A stretch of 34,986 nt of DNA from a virus (Duplodnaviria; Caudoviricetes). The stretch lies in the IMG/VR virus record IMGVR_UViG_3300012953_000091, positions 1 to 34,986 of that record; one strand, written 5' to 3'. Positions 20,550 through 28,628 of the stretch are shown in pieces. The translations under genes were made by a program, and so were the position numbers. Position 1 is the stretch's first letter. Every line of letters starts with the position of its first letter. The notes beneath the pieces are model-generated. The model made no database searches, was not told where the DNA came from, and worked only from the letters and a program-made list of their open reading frames with translations.

Positions 20550-20993
20550 TTACCTTAGTCTTTGTAGTACAATCTCTACTTCTGTATTTAAATCCATTTC
20601 AATTATTTGAAAATGTACTGTAATACGATATGCATTTCTGTCTGATTCATCTTCTATACCAACTCTTGTTACTCTTATCCTTGGTTCATAATCAACTAAT
20701 ACTTGTTTAATGCCATCAGATAATTCATATTTAGTTATAGCATCTGCTGGTTCAAATAGAAGTCCTCTTAAGTTAGCTCCAACTTGTGGTTGAAACGGCC
20801 TTTCAAAGAAATTAGTTAACACAAGATTTTTAACAGAGTTCTTTATAGCTTCATCATCCTTTAAAGGTATGATATCTTTTCGTATAGGATGGCGAGTTAA
20901 TTTTAAATTTAAATCAGCCCAACCCTTTTTTCGAGAAACCGTACTAATAGGACTCGCTTGAGATATTCTTGATCCTTGATAATTAATTGCCAT
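20550..20993 (-). CDS. gp25: Baseplate wedge subunit gp25
   Basis: 147 aa. Motif AIKNSVKNLVLT...ERPF.P..G.....LLFE...YEPRI, ending in LQRLR. Confidence 0.92.
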   Translation of the reverse strand: MAINYQGSRISQASPISTVSRKKGWADLNLKLTRHPIRKDIIPLKDDEAIKNSVKNLVLTNFFERPFQPQVGANLRGLLFEPADAITKYELSDGIKQVLVDYEPRIRVTRVGIEDESDRNAYRITVHFQIIEMDLNTEVEIVLQRLR

Positions 20994-20998
20994 ATATC

Positions 20999-21006
20999 TA
21001 TTTATA
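20999..21006 (-). promoter_or_regulatory. T4-type late promoter (TATAAATA)
   Basis: Exact motif 5 nt upstream of the gp25 ATG. Confidence 0.8.
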
Positions 21007-21015
21007 CTCTTTAAG

Positions 21016-22197
21016 TTACTCTTCTGCAGGTGGTGGAGTTAATGTAGGAAATTGATTTGATCCAGGTTCACCAGCTGGTATTACAACTCCATTGATATCA
21101 ACTGCAGCGACTGGAAGATTTTTTATAGCTGGTATTGTTACAGTGATACCAGATGGTATACTAATAGTAGAGGGAAGACCAATCAGCTTTAAGAAGTCAC
21201 AGAACGTAAAGGTTATCCATTGTACCAGCGCACTTAAACCAATAGCCTCAAAGAACTTCGTAACTTTCTGCATCCATTCTTTTATTAAGAACTCAGGCCA
21301 TTCCTCTCCGAAATCTCTTAAACGAGTTTTAAATCGATCCATTCTCTTTTCCAGGCTTTCGACAAAGTCATTCGGTTCACCTCCTAATAAGTCCATCAGA
21401 GAATATCCGACCAGGGAAATTTTTTCGAGGGCCGCCAGGCCCTCTCGCCGGAGAGCCTCTTTTGCATCGATATCTGTGGTATTCTTTATCTGTGCTTCGA
21501 TAGCTTGAATCCTTGCTTGGATTAATGCTTCGACATTTAAATCAGTTAATGCAGGAAGAGCCGGTAAACCGAGAGGAGACCATATTGTACTGAACTTATC
21601 GATAAGTCCACCAAAGGCTCCATGTAATATTCCAAGAGCTCCCTTATTCAGTTGTGACATAATATAATTCCAGACCGCCTCCGCTTTGAAATCATTTACC
21701 TCTAGCCCATAGGTACCATCAAATGTTTTATATGTATCAGGTATTAAAGCGAAATACTTATCAACATCTGCAGATATCTGAGACTTTAGAGTAGTTTTAT
21801 AGTTAGGATCAGTAAATAGTTTAACAACATCTATTGATAAACCCATAATAGGAACAGAGAAAGATATCGGTAATACTGTATTAACAATCTCCATTATCTT
21901 AACTTGAACAAACAAATGATACTCTTGAATCATAGCTGTGATACGTCTCTCCCATTCTATCTCAGGTACCGTTAGAGTGGGAAACACCGGATCTGATATG
22001 GACATAGGGAAGGAACCCAAAACAGTTTCTATTGATTCTAATAAATCTCTGAGTTGCTGAGCCTCTTTCTCCAATCCAGACATTTCCAATATAGAGATTT
22101 GATTAATAATACTATTAAAGATATTAGTTAGATCAACTGGCTTTGGAAGTAATACTGAATCACAAGGAAGTGCTATACTATTATCTGTCATTAGCAC
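21016..22197 (-). CDS. Hypothetical protein, helical/amphipathic, possibly virion-associated
   Basis: 393-aa ORF between gp5 and gp25; the true start may be the ATG at 22191. No family motif recognised. Confidence 0.7.
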   Translation of the reverse strand: MLMTDNSIALPCDSVLLPKPVDLTNIFNSIINQISILEMSGLEKEAQQLRDLLESIETVLGSFPMSISDPVFPTLTVPEIEWERRITAMIQEYHLFVQVKIMEIVNTVLPISFSVPIMGLSIDVVKLFTDPNYKTTLKSQISADVDKYFALIPDTYKTFDGTYGLEVNDFKAEAVWNYIMSQLNKGALGILHGAFGGLIDKFSTIWSPLGLPALPALTDLNVEALIQARIQAIEAQIKNTTDIDAKEALRREGLAALEKISLVGYSLMDLLGGEPNDFVESLEKRMDRFKTRLRDFGEEWPEFLIKEWMQKVTKFFEAIGLSALVQWITFTFCDFLKLIGLPSTISIPSGITVTIPAIKNLPVAAVDINGVVIPAGEPGSNQFPTLTPPPAEE

Positions 22198-22336
22198 TCA
22201 CCTTCTGGAGTCAATTTTTCTGGAGAATTTTTTTTTCTGCTGAAAATTTCTGAAATGAATCTGAGGCCGAGATATGCTAGCCCACCGTATACCGCCGCGG
22301 CCTTTTCGGCTCTAATATAACCGCCCATTTGTCTTG

Positions 22337-22376
22337 AAAAAAGGCCTTTACATTTGTTATAATATATGTTATAATA
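22337..22376 (+). promoter_or_regulatory. Sigma70-type promoter oriented antisense to gp5
   Basis: TTTACA (22347-22352), 17 nt, TATAAT (22370-22375), with an extended TG and an upstream A-tract. Same architecture as the promoter in front of gp32. Confidence 0.7.
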
Positions 22377-22381
22377 CATGG

Positions 22382-22885
22382 TTACGCGTTGAGTTTTATA
22401 TTACTTGCTATAATAGATACTGTTCCATCTGAATTAAATACTATTTTTGATCCTGTTTTATGCTTAATACTGATGCGCTCTGAGCCGTCTGAGTTATCTA
22501 TTTCTATTAGATGCCCTGCCTTTGACTGATAAACTTTGTTATCCACAGAGGACTCCGTAGGGATGTCTTGTGTCCCTCCTGTCTGTGTAGCAACTGATCC
22601 CATTACCATAGGGTCTTGAGCGCTTGATCCGTCTCTAAAGAATCCGACCACCCATGAATCTTTTTCTAAGTGGTGGTTACCTCCATTACCTTTAATAGAA
22701 GCGCTCGTTACTGGCATTATAACTGTAGCCCATGGTAGATCATCTGTTGATACTACAGCTTTATCCATTGAATGGAACCCTATACAACGGACCTTTACTC
22801 TATTTAGATTGAGTGGATCATCAATATCTTCTATAATACCTGTATACCAAGTAAACTCTTGTCCTATAAAATCGTCTGCTCTCAT
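22382..22885 (-). CDS. gp5: Baseplate central spike gp5-like, short (OB-fold plus short beta-helix, no lysozyme domain)
   Basis: 167 aa. Motifs W..GIIEDI.DP..L.RVKVR..G.H, DDLPWA, WVVGFFRDG..AQ.P.VMG and S.AGH.IEID. Confidence 0.88.
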   Translation of the reverse strand: MRADDFIGQEFTWYTGIIEDIDDPLNLNRVKVRCIGFHSMDKAVVSTDDLPWATVIMPVTSASIKGNGGNHHLEKDSWVVGFFRDGSSAQDPMVMGSVATQTGGTQDIPTESSVDNKVYQSKAGHLIEIDNSDGSERISIKHKTGSKIVFNSDGTVSIIASNIKLNA

Positions 22886-24219
22886 ACGTCTACCTCTTTA
22901 TCATAATCTATATTACTCGTATCCTTCTTACACTGTAGGCTCATTGTATACTCAAAGTCTAAGTTAAAGCTGTGTTCTATATCATATATAATATACACTC
23001 CGCTTTTGTTTTGATCTATTGACTTACCGCTCTTATTTAACTCTGCGTCGAGACTCTTAGGTATCTTAAGCCGTATCTTAGCTCCAGCCCTTATACGAGG
23101 ATCACCACACACATTTACGTTTATTTGGGACGCCTCCATACACGCCTTTTTTGATGATGCATTTTGAATGTTACCAGATGTTGCATCATGGTAATTGTTA
23201 AAATTACTAAAGGATAAACTATTAAGTGATGCATTATAGGATTTAGCAAAAGGAAACTCATTTAATGCCTTTTCTAGGAACTTCTTATCCTTTTTAAACG
23301 ATCTAAACTTATTATCTCCTATAACAAACGAATCATCATACCTATATTCATTATCTGTTACTACTGTTTTGGTTGCTATATCAATACTACTAAGCACTGA
23401 ACCATAAGCTCCCTTCTTAAGTTGTGCAAATACTGCTGATTCTATTGGAGTACTAATGGATAATATCTTTTTTCTTTGTTCTTTTAGATCTTTATCATCA
23501 ATAGGATTAATATCATTATAGTATGGCTTATGCTCATACTCTGCTACTACATCTTCTGCAGCTAATTCTTTTAATGACTTAAAGAATATTGTACCAGGCT
23601 TATTATCTTTTAATGTTTCATAAAAATAGAATGGATTACCATCGTCAAATGCATTACGCGTGAGCCAACGTATGGCATTAACTGGTCTTAGACTGGGATA
23701 TATACCTTTAATAACGTGTGTACTACTACTAATCTCTCCAATATCGCTTACTGCACCAAGATCTTTTACTAGAATATTCTTTACTAACGTACCAATATTA
23801 CCTTCGAACTTACGATTTAATCTCATAAGCTGATTAAGATAAGCATGTTCACTCACGCAAATCAGCTGATATGTTTGAACACCTGGCTTTGGACGTACGT
23901 AATTAATGATATCACTAATCACAAATACATGTTTATACTTAATCTTACCCTCTGGCGTATCCTTAGATAACTGCATTTCAATGATTTCGTCACCCTCTAA
24001 TTGCAAGTCTTCTAACATGTTAAGGCCATCTAATACATTTAAAGTGCATATTATTGATGATTGGTATAAACTTTCGGTGATAGTTATATCAGTTACGAGT
24101 GTTTTAATGTCAACGAATTTGGCCATATTCGTACCAAATAGGCCTTGTGGATCATAGTTTCCATTAGGAAATAACCTAATAAAGTCTCTTTTATACTGTG
24201 TAATCGGCTGATTAGCCAT
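22882..24219 (-). CDS. Probable baseplate hub protein (gp27/GpD-like position and size)
   Basis: 445 aa between gp53 and gp5. I.ESLY near the N-terminus, FYFYET internally, and C-terminal GDP.I.AG......SG.YII..I.H.F typical of hub proteins. Confidence 0.68.
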   Translation of the reverse strand: MANQPITQYKRDFIRLFPNGNYDPQGLFGTNMAKFVDIKTLVTDITITESLYQSSIICTLNVLDGLNMLEDLQLEGDEIIEMQLSKDTPEGKIKYKHVFVISDIINYVRPKPGVQTYQLICVSEHAYLNQLMRLNRKFEGNIGTLVKNILVKDLGAVSDIGEISSSTHVIKGIYPSLRPVNAIRWLTRNAFDDGNPFYFYETLKDNKPGTIFFKSLKELAAEDVVAEYEHKPYYNDINPIDDKDLKEQRKKILSISTPIESAVFAQLKKGAYGSVLSSIDIATKTVVTDNEYRYDDSFVIGDNKFRSFKKDKKFLEKALNEFPFAKSYNASLNSLSFSNFNNYHDATSGNIQNASSKKACMEASQINVNVCGDPRIRAGAKIRLKIPKSLDAELNKSGKSIDQNKSGVYIIYDIEHSFNLDFEYTMSLQCKKDTSNIDYDKEVDV

Positions 24220-25051
24220 TGATTAAATCCTCAAATGTTTCAGCAAATCTTTCAATGTAATTTGGATCTATAATATTTATTTTTGACCTGGATTCATTTA
24301 AATCGAATAGATAGTTTCTATTGGATGTATATACAGGTGCGGCTACTGAACCCACTTGAAGGATTAAATTAGTTTCTGCATTATCTGTTGTTGAAAAGAA
24401 ATTAGCATTAGATACTTGTGTCTCTGTTGTATCACCATCAACATACCAATGATGAGGAGCATCAGCATAATTCCATATCTTCCAGCTGTTAACTGAATCG
24501 GTACTTGTGGCTCCAATAACAACCTCTCTGCTGTTACCTACTCCATCACCTAGGAAAGTACCTGTTACATTTTGTACTACTAATTGATTCAGGTATATAT
24601 CCTTCTTAGTAAGTGTACCAGTTGCTCCTGATGTACCACCCGTAATTTTTTCACCCACATTAAATCTTCCTGCCAATGAGTCTCTAAAATCTGTTATACC
24701 ACCATCACTATTACGTACAACATCCGGCCTAGTTTCAACAGCTATTCCATTGTATTCTGTTTCAATGTATTGGAATAAGTCTTCCTGTGACATGGGCCAT
24801 GAAGCCATTCCATCATGTAATGAATCATTTATTAAAAAGAATGTCCAATAATAATCAGGAGTACCATATAGTTTTTGTGAACATATATCGGGTCGTTGTC
24901 CATTGGGTATACTATACTTTTTATAAGTATTGATTTCATCTACAAAATTCTGTAATGGACGTACATGTCTAAAGATATCTACTACATTTTGTATGACTCC
25001 ATCACGATTGAAATCATATCCAACCTTAGGAAATAAATTAAAGTATGCCAT
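24212..25051 (-). CDS. gp53: Baseplate wedge subunit gp53
   Basis: 279 aa. Motifs YF..FP...Y, RPD..S..LYG.P.YYWTFFLIN, WP.S and NES...I.II.P. Confidence 0.9.
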   Translation of the reverse strand: MAYFNLFPKVGYDFNRDGVIQNVVDIFRHVRPLQNFVDEINTYKKYSIPNGQRPDICSQKLYGTPDYYWTFFLINDSLHDGMASWPMSQEDLFQYIETEYNGIAVETRPDVVRNSDGGITDFRDSLAGRFNVGEKITGGTSGATGTLTKKDIYLNQLVVQNVTGTFLGDGVGNSREVVIGATSTDSVNSWKIWNYADAPHHWYVDGDTTETQVSNANFFSTTDNAETNLILQVGSVAAPVYTSNRNYLFDLNESRSKINIIDPNYIERFAETFEDLING

Positions 25052-25941
25052 TATTGATCTCCTGTAGTTTCAGATGGAGGTATAGTAAATGGTTGATCAA
25101 ACTGTCTATGATATTCTGCTTGATTGTACTCCTCTGGAGCTCCGTATAAGTCTTCTCTCTTAAGAGCTTTAGACTCTTGAAAGGTTAAAGCTAATTCTAA
25201 TTCTGTGGGTGCACCACCTCTATGGAATATATTTGTGGCTGCGTTAAATGTTGATGTCATATTTAGTAGATAACTATATTGAATGAATGGCATATACTTG
25301 TTATGCCTAGCTTCTCCACCTGATAATTTCATAAATTCTATCTTAAATAGAGGCGGATATTCCAATAAGAATTCTGATGATCCAGCCTTTTTAGGATATA
25401 AGAACTTACGAAATGTGTTTTCTATGTCTTTAATTTCGTCTGATTCTTTTTCTGATTCAGCCACTAACTTAAATGCAAATGCAAATGATCTTAAATTAGT
25501 ACCTGTAAATTGTACATTAGTATATGGATTAGAAGCTATACCTCCCGCTATCATTCCGGCTTGCCCAGCTGTTCCTAAACTACCTGCTGCTTTTGTTGTT
25601 GCAGCTGATACTAAATCTGCTATAAGATTACCTTTATTAAGTTCTTTCTCACCAGTTGCAGTATCTTCAATTGCATCTATTGTACCACCTGTTAATCCAA
25701 GATCAGCCTGATTATAACCAGCTGCATCTGATATAGCTAGGCCAGGAGGTGAATAAAGATATATTGTCCTTTGATCTTCAAGAGTTTTTCTATCTACAAT
25801 TCTAAATCTAATTAACTCTTGATTATCCTTTTCTGTTAGGTTAAGAGGATACTTAAGAATTGGTCCTCTATTTCTAGAGTTAGTAGCTTTAGCAGCTAAT
25901 TTATTCCTAACTTCTTCTAATGCTTTTTTACCTGATATCAT
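25051..25941 (-). CDS. gp48: Baseplate tail-tube cap gp48
   Basis: 296 aa. Motifs NPY....F.G..LRSF.F.FKL.A.SE.ES..I..I...F, L.YP..F.I.F and L.LTFQE. Confidence 0.85.
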   Translation of the reverse strand: MISGKKALEEVRNKLAAKATNSRNRGPILKYPLNLTEKDNQELIRFRIVDRKTLEDQRTIYLYSPPGLAISDAAGYNQADLGLTGGTIDAIEDTATGEKELNKGNLIADLVSAATTKAAGSLGTAGQAGMIAGGIASNPYTNVQFTGTNLRSFAFAFKLVAESEKESDEIKDIENTFRKFLYPKKAGSSEFLLEYPPLFKIEFMKLSGGEARHNKYMPFIQYSYLLNMTSTFNAATNIFHRGGAPTELELALTFQESKALKREDLYGAPEEYNQAEYHRQFDQPFTIPPSETTGDQ

Positions 25942-25952
25942 ATTGTTTCCTA

Positions 25953-25994
25953 TATAAATAACTATACTATTTATAAACTATAAGAGTATTTATA
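25953..25994. promoter_or_regulatory. Cluster of late promoters driving the two divergent late blocks
   Basis: TATAAATA on the plus strand at 25953-25960 and on the minus strand at 25968-25975 and 25987-25994. Confidence 0.75.
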
Positions 25995-26440
25995 TGAGTT
26001 ACAAAGGCAAATACAAAATAAAAAAGCCTGAAAAGTACTTAGGTGACTATAATAAGGTTGTCTATCGTTCTTTATGGGAAAGACAAACATTCAAATGGTG
26101 TGAATCAAACTCTAGAGTGAAATCTTGGAACTCTGAAGAGGTAGTTATACCATATAAGTGTAAAACAGACAATAGAATCCATAGGTATTTTATAGATCTA
26201 TTCATAGAAATGGACAATGGTGAATGTATATTAGTTGAAATCAAGCCTAAAAAACAAACAACGGTACCAAAGAAGCCATCACGTAAGACTAAGAAATACC
26301 TTAATGAAGTAACAACTTACATTAAGAATACTTCTAAGTGGACTGCAGCTAATGACTTTGCTTCTCATAAAGGTTGGAAGTTTCAAATATGGACTGAAGA
26401 CACTTTAAAGAATTTAGGCATCAAACTCCTTAAGTCTTGA
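25994..26440 (+). CDS. gp4: Head completion nuclease gp4
   Basis: 148 aa. Motifs P.KY.GD....VYRSLWE, W.SEEVVIPY, HRYF.D, LVEIKP.KQ and GWKF.I.TE..L. Confidence 0.93.
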   Translation: MSYKGKYKIKKPEKYLGDYNKVVYRSLWERQTFKWCESNSRVKSWNSEEVVIPYKCKTDNRIHRYFIDLFIEMDNGECILVEIKPKKQTTVPKKPSRKTKKYLNEVTTYIKNTSKWTAANDFASHKGWKFQIWTEDTLKNLGIKLLKS

Positions 26441-26448
26441 TATAAATA
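26441..26448 (+). promoter_or_regulatory. T4-type late promoter (TATAAATA)
   Basis: Exact motif 5 nt upstream of the gp2 ATG. Confidence 0.8.
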
Positions 26449-26453
26449 GTACT

Positions 26454-27044
26454 ATGGCAAGTTTATTCGATACATTACAAGCGGGAGCATTTAGAGCTGG
26501 CGTACAAGCTAGGACAGATAAATCTCGTAATTGGTTTTCAAAGCAAGTAAAAGCATTAGGTACAGTCAATAGAAATAAGCTACTTAATGACGATGCTTTA
26601 GACCCTACTGCTAATCCTAAGATTGGTGATATGATTATGTATTTCTATGATCCTAAGATGAAAAACGAATTGCCATATTATGATAAATTTCCACTAACCA
26701 TATTAGTTCAACCTACTAAAGGTGGATTTCAAGGACTTAATTTACACTACCTTTCCCCTAATGTAAGGGCATTGTTCCTTGATAGATTAATGGACTTAGC
26801 ACCAAAGAAAGTAACAGACTCAACCAGGTTAGCAAGACTACGATATGATGCTATAAAAAGTGCTAATAAGTATAAAGAATTCAGACCTTGTTTTAAACAA
26901 TATCTTGCTAGCAATGTTAAATCAAAAATAGTAAGAGTACCAATGACTGATTGGGAAATTGCAGTATTTATGCCAACACAACAATTCAAGAAAGTTAAAG
27001 ATGAAAGTGTTTGGAGATATAGTAGAGATGCATATAAGGTATAA
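26454..27044 (+). CDS. gp2: DNA end protector protein gp2
   Basis: 196 aa. Motifs YFYDPK.K..LPYYD.FPL, GF.GLNLHYL and PCFK.YL. Confidence 0.93.
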   Translation: MASLFDTLQAGAFRAGVQARTDKSRNWFSKQVKALGTVNRNKLLNDDALDPTANPKIGDMIMYFYDPKMKNELPYYDKFPLTILVQPTKGGFQGLNLHYLSPNVRALFLDRLMDLAPKKVTDSTRLARLRYDAIKSANKYKEFRPCFKQYLASNVKSKIVRVPMTDWEIAVFMPTQQFKKVKDESVWRYSRDAYKV

Positions 27045-27046
27045 CC

Positions 27047-27703
27047 ATGGCTAATTCAATAGACGATTTAAAATCAACAATACAAAAGCATGGTGGTTTA
27101 GCCATGCAAAACAGGTTCAACGTAATCTTTACACCACCTAAGCTTTCTTTAGCTAACTTAGATGGTGGTACATTATTATCTGGTCTTATATCAACTGGGT
27201 CTATTTCAATAAAGAATTTTATTAATGACCCTAGAGATATCTCACTAATGTGTAAATCAGCATCTCTTCCCGGAAGACAAATACAAACTGCTGAGTATCA
27301 AGCTCATAAAGAGCAGCATAAATACGTTACTGGATTTATAGATGAAGATGTTACATGTGAATTCCATATCACTCAAGATTATTTTATTAGAAACATGTTT
27401 GACAATTGGCAAGAACAAATATTCGATGTTGCTAATTACAATGTAAGCTATAAGAGTGAATATACATGTGATGTACTAATACAACAATTGGACAAAGAAA
27501 GAAACTTACCAATATATTCTGTTGTGTTAAAAAATGCATTTCCATCATCAAATACTGGAATAACATTATCTAATGAAAGTGAAAATACTCCACAAACTTT
27601 TAGTGTTACATTTTCATATGACAAATTTGAAACTATTAATTCTCTTGGCTCCATAGGAGTAGCTGCTAGATCTGTAGCAGATAGGATTATAAATATATTA
27701 TAA
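27047..27703 (+). CDS. Tail tube-fold protein (gp54 tube initiator / gp19-like)
   Basis: 218 aa. Motifs GGLA..NRF.V, C..ASLPG, F..WQ..I, L.NAFP and F.VTF.Y. Confidence 0.75.
   Translation: MANSIDDLKSTIQKHGGLAMQNRFNVIFTPPKLSLANLDGGTLLSGLISTGSISIKNFINDPRDISLMCKSASLPGRQIQTAEYQAHKEQHKYVTGFIDEDVTCEFHITQDYFIRNMFDNWQEQIFDVANYNVSYKSEYTCDVLIQQLDKERNLPIYSVVLKNAFPSSNTGITLSNESENTPQTFSVTFSYDKFETINSLGSIGVAARSVADRIINIL
27688..27695 (+). promoter_or_regulatory. T4-type late promoter (TATAAATA)
   Basis: Exact motif 34 nt upstream of the gp26 ATG, which also has an AGGAG SD. Confidence 0.72.
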
Positions 27704-27729
27704 TGAATTGGTAAAATAGGAGAAATATT

Positions 27730-28437
27730 ATGGCTTTACCACAGTTAAATACCGCAACCTATAGCGTATACGTACCGGGTTTAGGTAAGGATGTATCCTT
27801 TCGACCTTATTTAGTTAAGGAAGAGAAAATACTAATGTTAGCCATGGAATCAAATGATCAAAAAATGATTCTTAAGGCTGTAAAAGATATCATTCAAGCA
27901 TGTGTTATGGACGATGTTGATGTTGATAACTTAGCTGTTTTTGATGTTGAACTATTGTTTATAAACCTTAGACAAAAGTCGGTAGGTGAAGGAATAGATG
28001 TTAATATCAAATGCACTGAATGTGGTACTGAAAATCCAGTTGAACTTGACTTGGATAAAATAGATGTACCGGAAATTGATCAAGAAAAGTTAGTGGTTAT
28101 GCTTACTGAAGATGTTGGATTACAAATGAGGTATCCATCATTTAAAGACATACAAAGGTTTAAACCAGAAGAACTTGAAAAGATTGATGGTATCATGGCA
28201 TTGTTACAAGAATGTATAATGTCTATATTTGATAGTGATGAGATTCATGAAGCTGATAGCTTAAGTAAAAAAGAACTTGAAGAGTTTATCAATGGAATGA
28301 ATAGTGAACAATTTGCTAAATTAGGTGGCTTCTTTAACGATATGCCAGCACTGAAAACTGAAATTAAATTTAAGTGTGCACATTGTGAAGCAGAAAATTT
28401 ACATGAATTAAGAGGTATTCAAAGTTTTTTTACCTAA
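27730..28437 (+). CDS. gp26: Baseplate hub assembly protein gp26-like
   Basis: 235 aa. Motifs MALP.L, FRPYLVKEEKILM.A.ES, FD.E.LF..LR.KSVGE, two CxxC pairs, FF..MP and a terminal G..SFF. Confidence 0.88.
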   Translation: MALPQLNTATYSVYVPGLGKDVSFRPYLVKEEKILMLAMESNDQKMILKAVKDIIQACVMDDVDVDNLAVFDVELLFINLRQKSVGEGIDVNIKCTECGTENPVELDLDKIDVPEIDQEKLVVMLTEDVGLQMRYPSFKDIQRFKPEELEKIDGIMALLQECIMSIFDSDEIHEADSLSKKELEEFINGMNSEQFAKLGGFFNDMPALKTEIKFKCAHCEAENLHELRGIQSFFT

Positions 28438-28628
28438 GCCTCTCGCATGATAGTCTAGTAAACCATTACAAGACAAATTTTGCAATGATGCAGCATCATA
28501 ATTATAGCTTAGCAGAACTAGATAATATGTTGCCATGGGAGAGGGAGATATATGTAACTCTTCTAATGGACCACATTAAAGAAGAGAATAAAAGACAAGC
28601 TGAACAAGAAAGGAAAATGAACCGATGA
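28431..28628 (+). CDS. gp51-like baseplate hub assembly catalyst, probably expressed as a -1 frameshift extension of gp26
   Basis: Missing from the ORF track. The -1 frame after the T7 run reads YLSLSHDSLVNHYKTNFAMMQHHNYSLAELDNMLPWEREIYVTLLMDHIKEENKRQAEQERKMNR*. The first ATG is at 28485 and lacks an SD; the stop overlaps the next ATG (ATGA). Confidence 0.8.
   Translation, partial: YLSLSHDSLVNHYKTNFAMMQHHNYSLAELDNMLPWEREIYVTLLMDHIKEENKRQAEQERKMNR

Noticed and set aside
22191-22379. 62-aa ORF across the gp5 / 393-aa gap
   Set aside because: It runs through the promoter, GC block and A-tracts and does not look protein-like. The region is better explained as cis-acting DNA, though translation is not excluded
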